DNA from: a virus
Strand: one strand, 5' to 3'
DNA: 64,000 nucleotides
Virus record (IMG/VR): IMGVR_UViG_3300021093_000006
The translations under genes and the position numbers were made by a program. Shown piece by piece: positions 49,904-58,879 of this stretch (position 1 is the stretch's first letter; every line of letters starts with the position of its first letter). The notes under the pieces were generated by a model. It made no database searches. It worked only from the letters and a program-made list of their open reading frames with translations, and was not told the origin of the DNA.

Positions 49904-51763
49904 TTAAACAATTTCACAAGCTCCTCCTGCACAAGCAACCTCACCAGAAAGATTAGTATTATCTTGTAATTCAATTACCTTAGATAAATCTACAGATGAT
50001 AAAGATTTCATCATATTTTCATAAGTTTCTTTATCACAATCTTCAAAAGGTGCTTGTTGGTAAGTTCCTCCGTTATACGGTAAAACAGATAAACCATTAT
50101 AGAATTTTCTATTAGTCCACATCCATTCACCAGCCAATTCCCAATCTTCTTCTTTTAAAGAAATTGTTGCAGATACATTATGAGTATTTTGCCCACCTCT
50201 ATGTCCTGGCTTAATCCATTCTTGTGAAACTTTTTTAACTCTTTCTAATAAATCAAAAGGAGATTCATACCTCAAAATAGATCCCTCTGGTGATTTTTGC
50301 GGTATCGATATAACTGCAGTATCATGAGGTCTAAAAATTTCGTCTTCTATCAATTCAGGATGATTAATAGAAAGGTATGTGTAAATAGCTTCATTTTTAC
50401 CCACTCTTATTCTTCTAACATAATAATCATTATGCCAAGCATGTATACCTGATGAAGTACCCAAAACTAATGATGATGTCCCTGATGGTTTAACTGTAGT
50501 AGTTCTAGCTGCAGAATTAATCCCTATTAATTTTGCAACTCTTTCGTTTTCTTCTTTAACCGCTTCAGACGCAGCTTTCATATCATAACCTAAAACTACA
50601 CCAGATCCAATACCTGTCATACCTACACCAATAAGTGCATCCTTTTCAGTAGTTCTTTTCCATACATCTCTTAAATAATGGAAATCAGTATAACCAGCCT
50701 GTAATGTTCCAATAAACGCCGCCCCTTTAACTCTTTTTTCAAAATCTTCTTGTGATTCAATACCTGAAGCGTTTACCTCACATAAATTACAGAACTGATA
50801 TGGTCTTAAACCTATCTCACAACAAGGATTAGTTCCCCAATCTTTATCATTTGAAAAATAAATTCCTGGTTCACCTGCCCCACTTAATTCAATTCTTTTC
50901 CATAGATCCAAAAAGAATTCTTTTGTAACTTTATGTCTTAATAAAACTGCCGAATTATTTGCTCTACCTCTTTGTGGATTCAATTCCCACCAATTTCCAG
51001 ACTTACAAGAAATCATTTCATTATCATCCGCTGAGAATAAACTAATTAATGCAGCTCTACGGATACCCCCTGCCAATACTGCGTCCGCAATATGACATAT
51101 AATATCGTGAGTTTCAATAGGTGTTAATTTTTCACCATCATTTTTAGAATCTAATACTTTTTTAATATTATGTATACAATCTTTTAAAGGTTGAGGTCCA
51201 GGTGCCTTACCACCTGAAGTAACTAATAACGCCCCTTTTTGTCTAATATCAGAATAGTCAAATATAGGTGTAGATGATTTTACACCAAAATAAGATTCAA
51301 CTAATAATTTAATTGCATCTGCCCAACCTTCAATCGAATCACTAATAAGGTATCTTCTTTTTCTATCAGGATTAGGTTTTCTAATCTCAGGTAATTTTTC
51401 TACGTGATGTTTTTGAACTGAATACCCTACACCAGTACCACCTAACAATAAAAACATTGTTTCAGAAAATGCGTCAACGTGATCAATAGGTAAATATGCG
51501 CAATTATATACCCTATTAGGTGATATCTCTATTGGTTTACCTCCAAATTGTAAACTTCTCATTGATGGTAATATTTTTTTATCATACACTAATTTATATA
51601 CCTCTTCAATTTCATCTTTAATATTAGGGTATTTTTTTTGATGCATTTCTTTGTTTCTAGTGACTAATTCTTCCCAACTCTCCCTTCTGTTTTTTTCTGG
51701 TAAGAATTTTGCATATTTCATATAAACTGTAATGTCAGACAAAATTCTGTTTGATAATTCCAT
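49904..51763 (-). CDS. nrdJ: Class II (adenosylcobalamin-dependent) ribonucleotide reductase, RTPR-like
   Basis: PSMRSL, YNCAY, TNPCCEI (radical Cys/Glu), TTVKPSGT, C-terminal CAGGAC redox pair; no small subunit in the window. Confidence 0.93.
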   Translation of the reverse strand: MELSNRILSDITVYMKYAKFLPEKNRRESWEELVTRNKEMHQKKYPNIKDEIEEVYKLVYDKKILPSMRSLQFGGKPIEISPNRVYNCAYLPIDHVDAFSETMFLLLGGTGVGYSVQKHHVEKLPEIRKPNPDRKRRYLISDSIEGWADAIKLLVESYFGVKSSTPIFDYSDIRQKGALLVTSGGKAPGPQPLKDCIHNIKKVLDSKNDGEKLTPIETHDIICHIADAVLAGGIRRAALISLFSADDNEMISCKSGNWWELNPQRGRANNSAVLLRHKVTKEFFLDLWKRIELSGAGEPGIYFSNDKDWGTNPCCEIGLRPYQFCNLCEVNASGIESQEDFEKRVKGAAFIGTLQAGYTDFHYLRDVWKRTTEKDALIGVGMTGIGSGVVLGYDMKAASEAVKEENERVAKLIGINSAARTTTVKPSGTSSLVLGTSSGIHAWHNDYYVRRIRVGKNEAIYTYLSINHPELIEDEIFRPHDTAVISIPQKSPEGSILRYESPFDLLERVKKVSQEWIKPGHRGGQNTHNVSATISLKEEDWELAGEWMWTNRKFYNGLSVLPYNGGTYQQAPFEDCDKETYENMMKSLSSVDLSKVIELQDNTNLSGEVACAGGACEIV

Positions 51764-51861
51764 TTTTTAATAGTTTTTTAATTTTTTTTATTATTAATTT
51801 TTGGTGTGTAAATTCCTATATGACTTAATTTGTAACTCATCATTTTTTTATTTTTTTTACT

Positions 51862-53244
51862 TTAATTAAGTGATTCTCTTTTTTTGTTTAAAGTTTCTTG
51901 TATAAAATTAGAATCTTTTTTCTTAGACAATTTATCATGTTCTAATAACGTTATATCTCTACTATCACTAGTATCAATAACTAATGTACCATTATCAAAT
52001 AAAATGTCTTCAAATACAACACCGTCTTTACCAAATCTAGATTTAAGTATAGCTAAAGTAGCTCTTCCTTGTTCTTTTTGATCCAATGTTTTAGCTGCCG
52101 ATAAAATAAAATGCCCAATCTGTCCTTTTTTAATAGAACCACCCATCATATTTGCCTCTACTAATTCCGCACCAATAGCACTTCTGTTACCTTGTACTGC
52201 AGTCCATCCTGCCACCCCTAATTCAGATACCATAGTTTCAAATTGTCTCATTACATTACCTTCACCACTAAATTCATCTTTAAATTGTTTATTTGGCTGA
52301 ACACAGTCAATGTAATCTAAGAAAATAACATCAGGTTTAATACCATTAGAAATTAATTTTTTAAGATATTGTCTAATATGTGGTATTGTTGTCCCATCAC
52401 TAGGCATTCTTTTTAAAATTAAATTTCCAGGTAATTCTTGAAAATTAGATAACTTTTGTTCTACTTCATCACTTCTGTCTTCTAATTCACTCAAAGGTAC
52501 TTCAGTAAAACATGTGTAATGTTTTCTTTGAATAACTTCTGTAGTATCCTCAAAGAATATTTGTACAACATTTTTACCCATCTTAAATGCAGTATTTGCC
52601 ATTCTAGTCATCAATGTAGTTTTACCTACACCAAACGCCGCCAAAATAACTCCTATCTCACCTTTTGATAAACCTCCACCCATTAAATTATCTATACCAA
52701 TTAATCCTGTTGGGATAGGGTTTCTAAAATCCGCAGATAAAACGTTTTTAATTCCGTGAAAAACATCCACACCATTGTCTTTTTCTGTACCCACAGTTAT
52801 AGCTTGTTTAACTATTTCTTCACACTCATCATATCTATCAAAATCTCCAGTATCTAAAATTTTCTGAATTTTTAAAGTAGCCTTCTTAAGCTCTTGTTGT
52901 TTGCAAAACTTAATGGCAACGTCTTGTGTGTGTAAACAATCCTTATTATCTGAATCTTTAACTTCTTTAATTAACTCATTTGCTGACTCTCTGGTAATTT
53001 CTCTTCTTACTTCTGTTTTAACAAGGTTAAAGATGGTATCATAAGACGGTATGGTTTCATATTTTTCATAGTAGTTTTTAACACTAGCAACAACTAATCT
53101 CATATATTCATTATCAAAATAATTTGGGTCAATTATTGAAATAATACTTTCTGAAAATTTTTGATCCTCTATTAATTGTTTTACTAGTTTTATTTGGAAA
53201 CTATATCCTAAATAACCTAAATTAGAACTTTCATTTTTCGCCAT
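51862..53244 (-). CDS. dnaB: Replicative DNA helicase, DnaB/SF4 family
   Basis: PTGLIGID, Walker A AAFGVGKT, FFED, IFLDYID, WTAVQGNR, KSRFG. Confidence 0.9.
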   Translation of the reverse strand: MAKNESSNLGYLGYSFQIKLVKQLIEDQKFSESIISIIDPNYFDNEYMRLVVASVKNYYEKYETIPSYDTIFNLVKTEVRREITRESANELIKEVKDSDNKDCLHTQDVAIKFCKQQELKKATLKIQKILDTGDFDRYDECEEIVKQAITVGTEKDNGVDVFHGIKNVLSADFRNPIPTGLIGIDNLMGGGLSKGEIGVILAAFGVGKTTLMTRMANTAFKMGKNVVQIFFEDTTEVIQRKHYTCFTEVPLSELEDRSDEVEQKLSNFQELPGNLILKRMPSDGTTIPHIRQYLKKLISNGIKPDVIFLDYIDCVQPNKQFKDEFSGEGNVMRQFETMVSELGVAGWTAVQGNRSAIGAELVEANMMGGSIKKGQIGHFILSAAKTLDQKEQGRATLAILKSRFGKDGVVFEDILFDNGTLVIDTSDSRDITLLEHDKLSKKKDSNFIQETLNKKRESLN

Positions 53245-53251
53245 AACGTTT

Positions 53252-53749
53252 TTAGATTTGGTTATTAATAAATATCTTAGTTAAGTCATAATCACCATAA
53301 TTTTTTGTATAATTTTTTTGACTTAATCCTATTTGTATGATTTCAATGATTTTAGGTATAATTTTTCTTATATCTACATCATATCTTACTTTTGGTGGAA
53401 AATCATTTCCTGTGAAAATCTTTTTAATTATTACTCTATTATTGATTTTTATTTGGAAAGTAAAAAAATCTTCATTTTCGTAAATGTCTCTCACTCCATA
53501 TTCTTCATTGTTATTATTTTCTGCAAAATAACTATAATATTTATACAAATACTCATAAGTATTGTTTTTAAAATGTAATTTAATTACATTTACTACATCA
53601 TCTATTACATCTTTTAAATCTAAAGAACTTAAACTTTCTCTATTAAAATTTTTTATTGGGAAATTCCTTCCAACAATAGGATTACCGTTAATCATAAATA
53701 AGAATTCATATGGGTAACTTTGATAACTATTTTTCATATTTGTATTCAT
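53252..53749 (-). CDS. Hypothetical protein upstream of the helicase
   Basis: 165-aa ORF; its 3' end contains a TATTTAT motif (53268-53274). Confidence 0.7.
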   Translation of the reverse strand: MNTNMKNSYQSYPYEFLFMINGNPIVGRNFPIKNFNRESLSSLDLKDVIDDVVNVIKLHFKNNTYEYLYKYYSYFAENNNNEEYGVRDIYENEDFFTFQIKINNRVIIKKIFTGNDFPPKVRYDVDIRKIIPKIIEIIQIGLSQKNYTKNYGDYDLTKIFINNQI

Positions 53750-54789
53750 TTTAAACTGTTATAATATTTTTTTTCTTTTTTTATTAATGAAAGAAATGGT
53801 TGTAGAAAATTTAAATACCCATCTTGTCCTCCAGGTATTGCCATCATTAAACCATCTTCCATCATCATTTTAATTACATTTTTAATTTCTCTACCTTCAG
53901 GATCAATTGTTGTTGACATTAAATAATCTAAATCTGATTTTGTGTTTTCTGTTATGATAGGGTTACTTAAATCAATTATCTTTTGATTTATTTCAAATAT
54001 ATTTTCTTTTTGTTTACCCTTAGTCACTTTATTTATGATATTATCTAACGATTTTAAATTACTTTTTCTATCTTTTTGTATATCTTTAATTTTACTAAAA
54101 ATATATTCCAATGTCAAAGTTTTTTCTTTAATTTCGGGAAAAAATTTCAATAAAGTTTTTTCACTTACACCTGTGATACCTTTTATATTATCACTAACAT
54201 CACCAGATATGATTTTAATTAGTTTTAAATTAGTATAGTGATGATTAAAATGTTCTAAATAATTATCTTTAGTAACTATCCTTTTTAAATTAATTACGTA
54301 AATACCAACTCTTTCTCCAATTAGTTGACACATATCTCTATCATTAGTCATTATAACAACTTTTTCATCATCTGAAATGTTTTTTATATAATAACCGATT
54401 AAATCATCTGCCTCAACAATATCATCACTATATTGTCTAATAAACAATTCCTCACAGTAAAATTTAACTCTTTCTTTTTGTAGGTATAATTCTATTTCTG
54501 ATGGTGGTTGATCATTATAAAAATCTTTATCTCTATTTGATTTATAATCTTCATAAATGTCATACCTTAACCTACCGCTAAATTGTCCATCCCAAAACAC
54601 ATATACTTTATCAAACTTATATTCATTTATAAGTTTTCTAATCATAGTAAGGAATTGAAAAATACCGCCTATGTGAGTATCTTTATAATAAAGATCTTTT
54701 GCTCCATGATAGGCGGTTTTTATTAACGAATCTCCGTCTACAATAAGTGTTTTTTGAAATGTTTTTGTTTTTCTATTTGGGATTTTCAC
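53746..54789 (-). CDS. 5'-3' exonuclease / flap endonuclease (PolA N-terminal or T4 RNase H-like)
   Basis: LIVDGDS, YKSNR, EADDLIG, TNDRDMCQL, and the H3TH motif GDVSDNIKGITGVSEKT. Confidence 0.9.
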   Translation of the reverse strand: MKIPNRKTKTFQKTLIVDGDSLIKTAYHGAKDLYYKDTHIGGIFQFLTMIRKLINEYKFDKVYVFWDGQFSGRLRYDIYEDYKSNRDKDFYNDQPPSEIELYLQKERVKFYCEELFIRQYSDDIVEADDLIGYYIKNISDDEKVVIMTNDRDMCQLIGERVGIYVINLKRIVTKDNYLEHFNHHYTNLKLIKIISGDVSDNIKGITGVSEKTLLKFFPEIKEKTLTLEYIFSKIKDIQKDRKSNLKSLDNIINKVTKGKQKENIFEINQKIIDLSNPIITENTKSDLDYLMSTTIDPEGREIKNVIKMMMEDGLMMAIPGGQDGYLNFLQPFLSLIKKEKKYYNSLK

Positions 54790-54814
54790 AAACCATCATT
54801 TAATGGTTAAACAG

Positions 54815-55864
54815 TCAATCATCAGAATAATCAACAGGAGATTCTATAAAGTTCTCCTCAACAACATCAAATGAATCCTCATCACCAACAGTATCAAACA
54901 CTTCTGCCCAATAATCTTTGTTTTCTGATTTGTAATCATCAATTGATTTTTTATCATCCTCTATAAATCCGTGTGTAGTTGCTAATATTTTATTATCGGC
55001 ATAACCTAAACCATTCATATGATTTTTATGGATACCTACTTTTGTTCTAATCGCAAAATTAACTTTTCTACCTTTATTAGTGGCAGAAAGTTTAGAAACT
55101 CCAGAACTTTTTTGGTTGCCAAATAAGAATACTAATGCACAAGAAAGATAAATAGAATTACCTCCTTTTGGTTGAATAGTAGGTTGTCCGAATGGATTAT
55201 CAGGTAATGCCACCCAAGGCTGATTTACAAAAATCATAGTATTAGTATAAGGAAAACTTTCTTTTCTCGAAGAAGTAATTCTTTGAGCTAAACCCATACC
55301 CCATTTTTCTGAAATAACTCTTGCAGTATGTTGATTACCTCCTTTACCTTCAAAACTCATTTGACAAGGGATTGTACCTATTGAGTCCCATAAAAATACT
55401 ATATCATAAGGAATTTCTCCACTTTTTTGGGCATCCAATACTTCAGTTACATAATGAAAAGCTTGTTCAATATAATCAAACCCTAACTTATATAAAAGAA
55501 AACCGTCCCAATATGCACTAACTTCTCCAGTTTTTTCATCTACCTCTTCAATATATTCAGCATCTAAACCCATTTGTTTAGCATGTTCAAAACTAAATTT
55601 TTGTTCAGTAATTATAAAAACAGGTAAAACATTTTTTTTCTGCGCATCTACCGCAGTTTTAATAAGTGCAGTTGTTTTACCAGTGTCCGAATGACCTAAA
55701 AGCATGTTTATCTGACCCATAGCAGGACCTGGTAATCCTGTAGACTTTTGGAAAGCTTCCCCTAGATCAAAGTATTTTTGTTCTTTATATTTATCACTAG
55801 AGGAAAACTTTTTTCTAATAGATGAAAAATCAGAAGCTTTTTTCTTTAATGGTGTTTTAGACAT
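54815..55864 (-). CDS. recA: RecA/UvsX-family recombinase
   Basis: Walker A GHSDTGKT, ITEQK, Walker B FLWDSIG, VNQ, KGGNSI, VGIHKNH. Confidence 0.88.
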   Translation of the reverse strand: MSKTPLKKKASDFSSIRKKFSSSDKYKEQKYFDLGEAFQKSTGLPGPAMGQINMLLGHSDTGKTTALIKTAVDAQKKNVLPVFIITEQKFSFEHAKQMGLDAEYIEEVDEKTGEVSAYWDGFLLYKLGFDYIEQAFHYVTEVLDAQKSGEIPYDIVFLWDSIGTIPCQMSFEGKGGNQHTARVISEKWGMGLAQRITSSRKESFPYTNTMIFVNQPWVALPDNPFGQPTIQPKGGNSIYLSCALVFLFGNQKSSGVSKLSATNKGRKVNFAIRTKVGIHKNHMNGLGYADNKILATTHGFIEDDKKSIDDYKSENKDYWAEVFDTVGDEDSFDVVEENFIESPVDYSDD

Positions 55865-55873
55865 GTTTTATTA

Positions 55874-56785
55874 TTAAAACGGTAATTCATCATCGTCATC
55901 TTCTAAACTAGTAGAATAAAAATCGTCATCTTCATCTTCGTCATCTGAATCATCAGTATATTTTAAATCTTTTGTTTTAAAAGTTTCTGATTTCATCATA
56001 TTGATTTCTTCAGTTAAAGACGCAGTTTCTTTTTCTTCTTTGTCTTCTTCAGCTACAAATTTCTTTTGTTCAGAATCCCAAATTGGGGTTTTATTTGTGG
56101 CAACAATATCTAGATACTCTTGTGGTTTTTTAGAATAAACATCTCTATGTGTTTCTTCATTATTAAACCAATCATTTGCCTTTTCTTTGTCTTTTGTAAG
56201 AATAGATGTATCATCTGCCATAATAGAGTTAACTACACTATAACCTTTGTCGTTTTTACCTGTAGTTATGATAATATCTCTACCTTCTCTAGGGTCACTG
56301 ATATCACCTTTTAATTTAAATAAAGGAATGATTTTATCCATAATACCGTCACCAGTATATTTATGTTTAAATCTCCAAAATTTAACACCATCTTCTTCAT
56401 TGTCTCTGTCAATACCTTTAACAACGTAGAATTTTCTAGCAATAAATTCTTTTGCTAATTTTTTAGCCCTTTCAGAACCATCCTCATAAAGAGCGTCTTT
56501 TGCCTCACATAATGGGCAATGTTCACCATCGTTTAAATGGTTACAGTAAATTTTTTCCCATTTACCGTTAACTTGTTTTTCGTGATAATATACCTCAGTG
56601 AATGGACTACTTCCATCTTTGTTAGGTAAAATCCTAAACCTTTTAGTTTGGGATTTTACTCCTTTGGGTAATTTTTCACTAAAATACTTTTTAAGTCTGT
56701 CTTCATTAGACAACTTAGTAGTAGTTTTTTTATCTTCAGTATTTTTTTCATACTGTGATAAAATTGCATCTAAAGTTTTACTCAT
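55874..56785 (-). CDS. Single-stranded DNA-binding protein, T4 gp32-like
   Basis: RFRILP, YCNHLNDGEHCPLC zinc site, GVKFWRF, GRDIII, acidic tail ending DDDDELPF. Confidence 0.82.
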   Translation of the reverse strand: MSKTLDAILSQYEKNTEDKKTTTKLSNEDRLKKYFSEKLPKGVKSQTKRFRILPNKDGSSPFTEVYYHEKQVNGKWEKIYCNHLNDGEHCPLCEAKDALYEDGSERAKKLAKEFIARKFYVVKGIDRDNEEDGVKFWRFKHKYTGDGIMDKIIPLFKLKGDISDPREGRDIIITTGKNDKGYSVVNSIMADDTSILTKDKEKANDWFNNEETHRDVYSKKPQEYLDIVATNKTPIWDSEQKKFVAEEDKEEKETASLTEEINMMKSETFKTKDLKYTDDSDDEDEDDDFYSTSLEDDDDELPF

Positions 56786-56812
56786 TTTTTATTTTTTAAA
56801 ATTAATAATATA

Positions 56813-56843
56813 CAATGATACTAACAAAATATTAAAAAGTCAA
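56813..56843 (-). promoter_or_regulatory. Variant sigma70 promoter before the SSB-RecA operon
   Basis: TTGAC upstream and TATCATTG (one mismatch to TAnnTTTG). Confidence 0.4.
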
Positions 56844-56855
56844 TATGTATATAAC

Positions 56856-56890
56856 AAAAAACCCCACTTTGTTAGTGAGGTTCTTTTTTT
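56856..56890. terminator. Rho-independent terminator
   Basis: AACCCCACT-5nt-AGTGAGGTT with A and T runs on either side. Confidence 0.6.
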
Positions 56891-56902
56891 ATATCATTTG
56901 TT

Positions 56903-57619
56903 TTAATCTTTTTTTTCTGAATAATTAAACGATGCCTTTATTTGATTCCTATCAAAATTATCGACATCACTTTGTCTTAAAACATATTCATTTTCTTCTT
57001 CACCTTCTACATCGTAACCATCTTTATCTTTCCAAAAATCAGTTAATTTTACACTATATGGAAAAGAGTCCATAGATCTAAGTTCTAATCTTTCAACAGG
57101 TGTAGGATTTCTCTTTTCTATTTCCTTTTCTAACGAATCTATCTTATCAATAACTTTATCCATACCACTAACTTGTTGTTCTAACTCTGATAATTTGGCA
57201 AGTAAATCCTCCATTTTATTACTTACATTATCTACAGATTTTTTTGTTTCTTCAGTATTATCTACAATATCTGTTACATCAACTTCAATAGTATCATCAC
57301 CTTCATCCGCAAATTCATCTTCTATTTCAACTTCCTCAGCACCTGTTGTAGTTTCAGTGTCACCAGTAGTTGGTGCTTGTCCACCTTCGTCATCTGTAGT
57401 AGTTTCAGTGTCACCAGTAGTTGGTGCTTGTCCGCCTTCGTCATCTGCGACATCCATAAAAGGATCGTCACCTGCAGGATCTTGTTCAGTTAAAAAAGAA
57501 TCATCTAATAATAAATCTCCATTTAAATCTTTTTCTTTTTCTTCTGGCACATAAAAAGTATATTCTAAAAGTTGTTTATACCTTTTTAAATCTTCAGAAA
57601 TAAGTCTATTTTTATTCAT
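56903..57619 (-). CDS. Highly acidic coiled-coil protein (scaffold or prohead-core candidate)
   Basis: LISED, LLEY and LTEQ motifs, an acidic linker and a heptad region. Confidence 0.55.
   Translation of the reverse strand: MNKNRLISEDLKRYKQLLEYTFYVPEEKEKDLNGDLLLDDSFLTEQDPAGDDPFMDVADDEGGQAPTTGDTETTTDDEGGQAPTTGDTETTTGAEEVEIEDEFADEGDDTIEVDVTDIVDNTEETKKSVDNVSNKMEDLLAKLSELEQQVSGMDKVIDKIDSLEKEIEKRNPTPVERLELRSMDSFPYSVKLTDFWKDKDGYDVEGEEENEYVLRQSDVDNFDRNQIKASFNYSEKKD
57348..57447 (-). repeat. 51-bp direct duplication encoding DDEGGQAPTTGDTETTT
   Basis: Copies start at 57348 and 57399, with one synonymous mismatch. Confidence 0.92.
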
Positions 57620-57624
57620 ATTTT

Positions 57625-57813
57625 TTATATTAAAAGTTGTCTACCATCGTTTGTTTTGTAAACTTTATTTACTCTCTCAACAATTTCTTTTCCATCATTT
57701 ATCAAACATTCATCTCCAACACACTCTTCAGTTTGGTTTGGTTTGTTAGATAAAAAATTATCTAATTTAGATTCTAAATTTTCGCTATTTTTTTTATTTT
57801 TATTATCTTCCAT
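57625..57813 (-). CDS. Small hypothetical protein
   Basis: 62-aa ORF at the head of an operon. Confidence 0.7.
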   Translation of the reverse strand: MEDNKNKKNSENLESKLDNFLSNKPNQTEECVGDECLINDGKEIVERVNKVYKTNDGRQLLI

Positions 57814-57830
57814 AAATTTGTTTTTTATTA

Positions 57831-57837
57831 ATAAATA
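57831..57837 (-). promoter_or_regulatory. TATTTAT putative late-promoter motif
   Basis: gaTATTTATtaa, 17 nt before the start at 57813. Confidence 0.5.
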
Positions 57838-57845
57838 TCTACTAT

Positions 57846-58256
57846 TTAAGAAAAATCTCTAACTATATCTATTATTTTTAACTCTTCATTTTTAATGATT
57901 ATAATTTTATTCTGGTATTCATCCCAATTTATTTTATAATCTAAATGATTAATGTTACCGTTTTCTAAGTAATTAATTTTTTCAATTAATTTATTTAAGG
58001 CATTAATAGTATAAAAACATTCACCTTTTTTATGGACAATTACAGTTGGTGGGATTATTGATGTGATATCCACTCTACCTTCATTTTGTAATATAACTCT
58101 ATATGTTATAAGTTTTTTATTTTTTTCTTCATAAGAATAAATAAAAACATTTTCTTCGTTTATTTTAAATCTTTTTTTTAAATATTTTTTAAAAGAATCT
58201 ATTTTATCTGTATAAATAAAAGATGCTAACGTAATAATTTTATTAGTAGTTTCCAT
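57846..58256 (-). CDS. Hypothetical protein
   Basis: 136-aa ORF. Confidence 0.7.
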   Translation of the reverse strand: METTNKIITLASFIYTDKIDSFKKYLKKRFKINEENVFIYSYEEKNKKLITYRVILQNEGRVDITSIIPPTVIVHKKGECFYTINALNKLIEKINYLENGNINHLDYKINWDEYQNKIIIIKNEELKIIDIVRDFS

Positions 58257-58842
58257 TTTTAATAATATAAGGGATTAATCTATTTTTATTTTTTATTTTA
58301 TAAATAAAATCCCCATAATTATTAAATATCTCAGAATCTATCAAAACATTATTTTTTAAATTTTTTATTTTTTTAATAACTTTTTCCTTCTTATTTTCAA
58401 AATAACTAATAACATTTAAATCTATCCCAAATATTATATTATCCCCATAAACATAAACCATATTATTATCTGAAATGTATATATATGGATTAACTAGTGA
58501 AAATATTTTTTTAATTATTTTTTTATTTATCGATTTTTTACCATAAAGTAAATCTAAATATACATATGGTATGTTATTACCAAAAGTATTGTAACAAAAT
58601 TCTTTGAAACCCTCTAAATCTACTTCAAAATCAACTTTCCTTTCCTTTGGTGAAAATGTCCAAAAAGTTTTTATATTTATTGTTTTATGAAGAATAGAAA
58701 CTTTATTTTCATAAATTTTTTTTGTTAATTCCCAACCAATTATTATTGTAGGTAAATCATTGTCAATGATTTCATCTGAGTTAAACTTTTTAAATCCGTC
58801 TATACGAATTTCTGAATCTGATATTATATTTCCAAAATACAT
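58243..58842 (-). CDS. Hypothetical protein
   Basis: 199-aa ORF; a TATATTTG -7 element lies at 58847-58854. Confidence 0.7.
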   Translation of the reverse strand: MYFGNIISDSEIRIDGFKKFNSDEIIDNDLPTIIIGWELTKKIYENKVSILHKTINIKTFWTFSPKERKVDFEVDLEGFKEFCYNTFGNNIPYVYLDLLYGKKSINKKIIKKIFSLVNPYIYISDNNMVYVYGDNIIFGIDLNVISYFENKKEKVIKKIKNLKNNVLIDSEIFNNYGDFIYKIKNKNRLIPYIIKNGNY

Positions 58843-58879
58843 ATTGCAAATATAATAATTTTTTTTTAAAATGTTAAGG

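Noticed and set aside
51764-51861. Cobalamin riboswitch or leader peptide before nrdJ (21-aa ORF MMSYKLSHIGIYTPKINNKKN at 51778..51843)
   Set aside because: The gap is only ~100 nt, AT-rich, and has no recognisable B12-box. The ORF has no supporting evidence.
49904-55864. Inteins or introns in nrdJ, dnaB or recA
   Set aside because: Protein lengths are ordinary, and I saw no splicing motifs or homing-endonuclease inserts.
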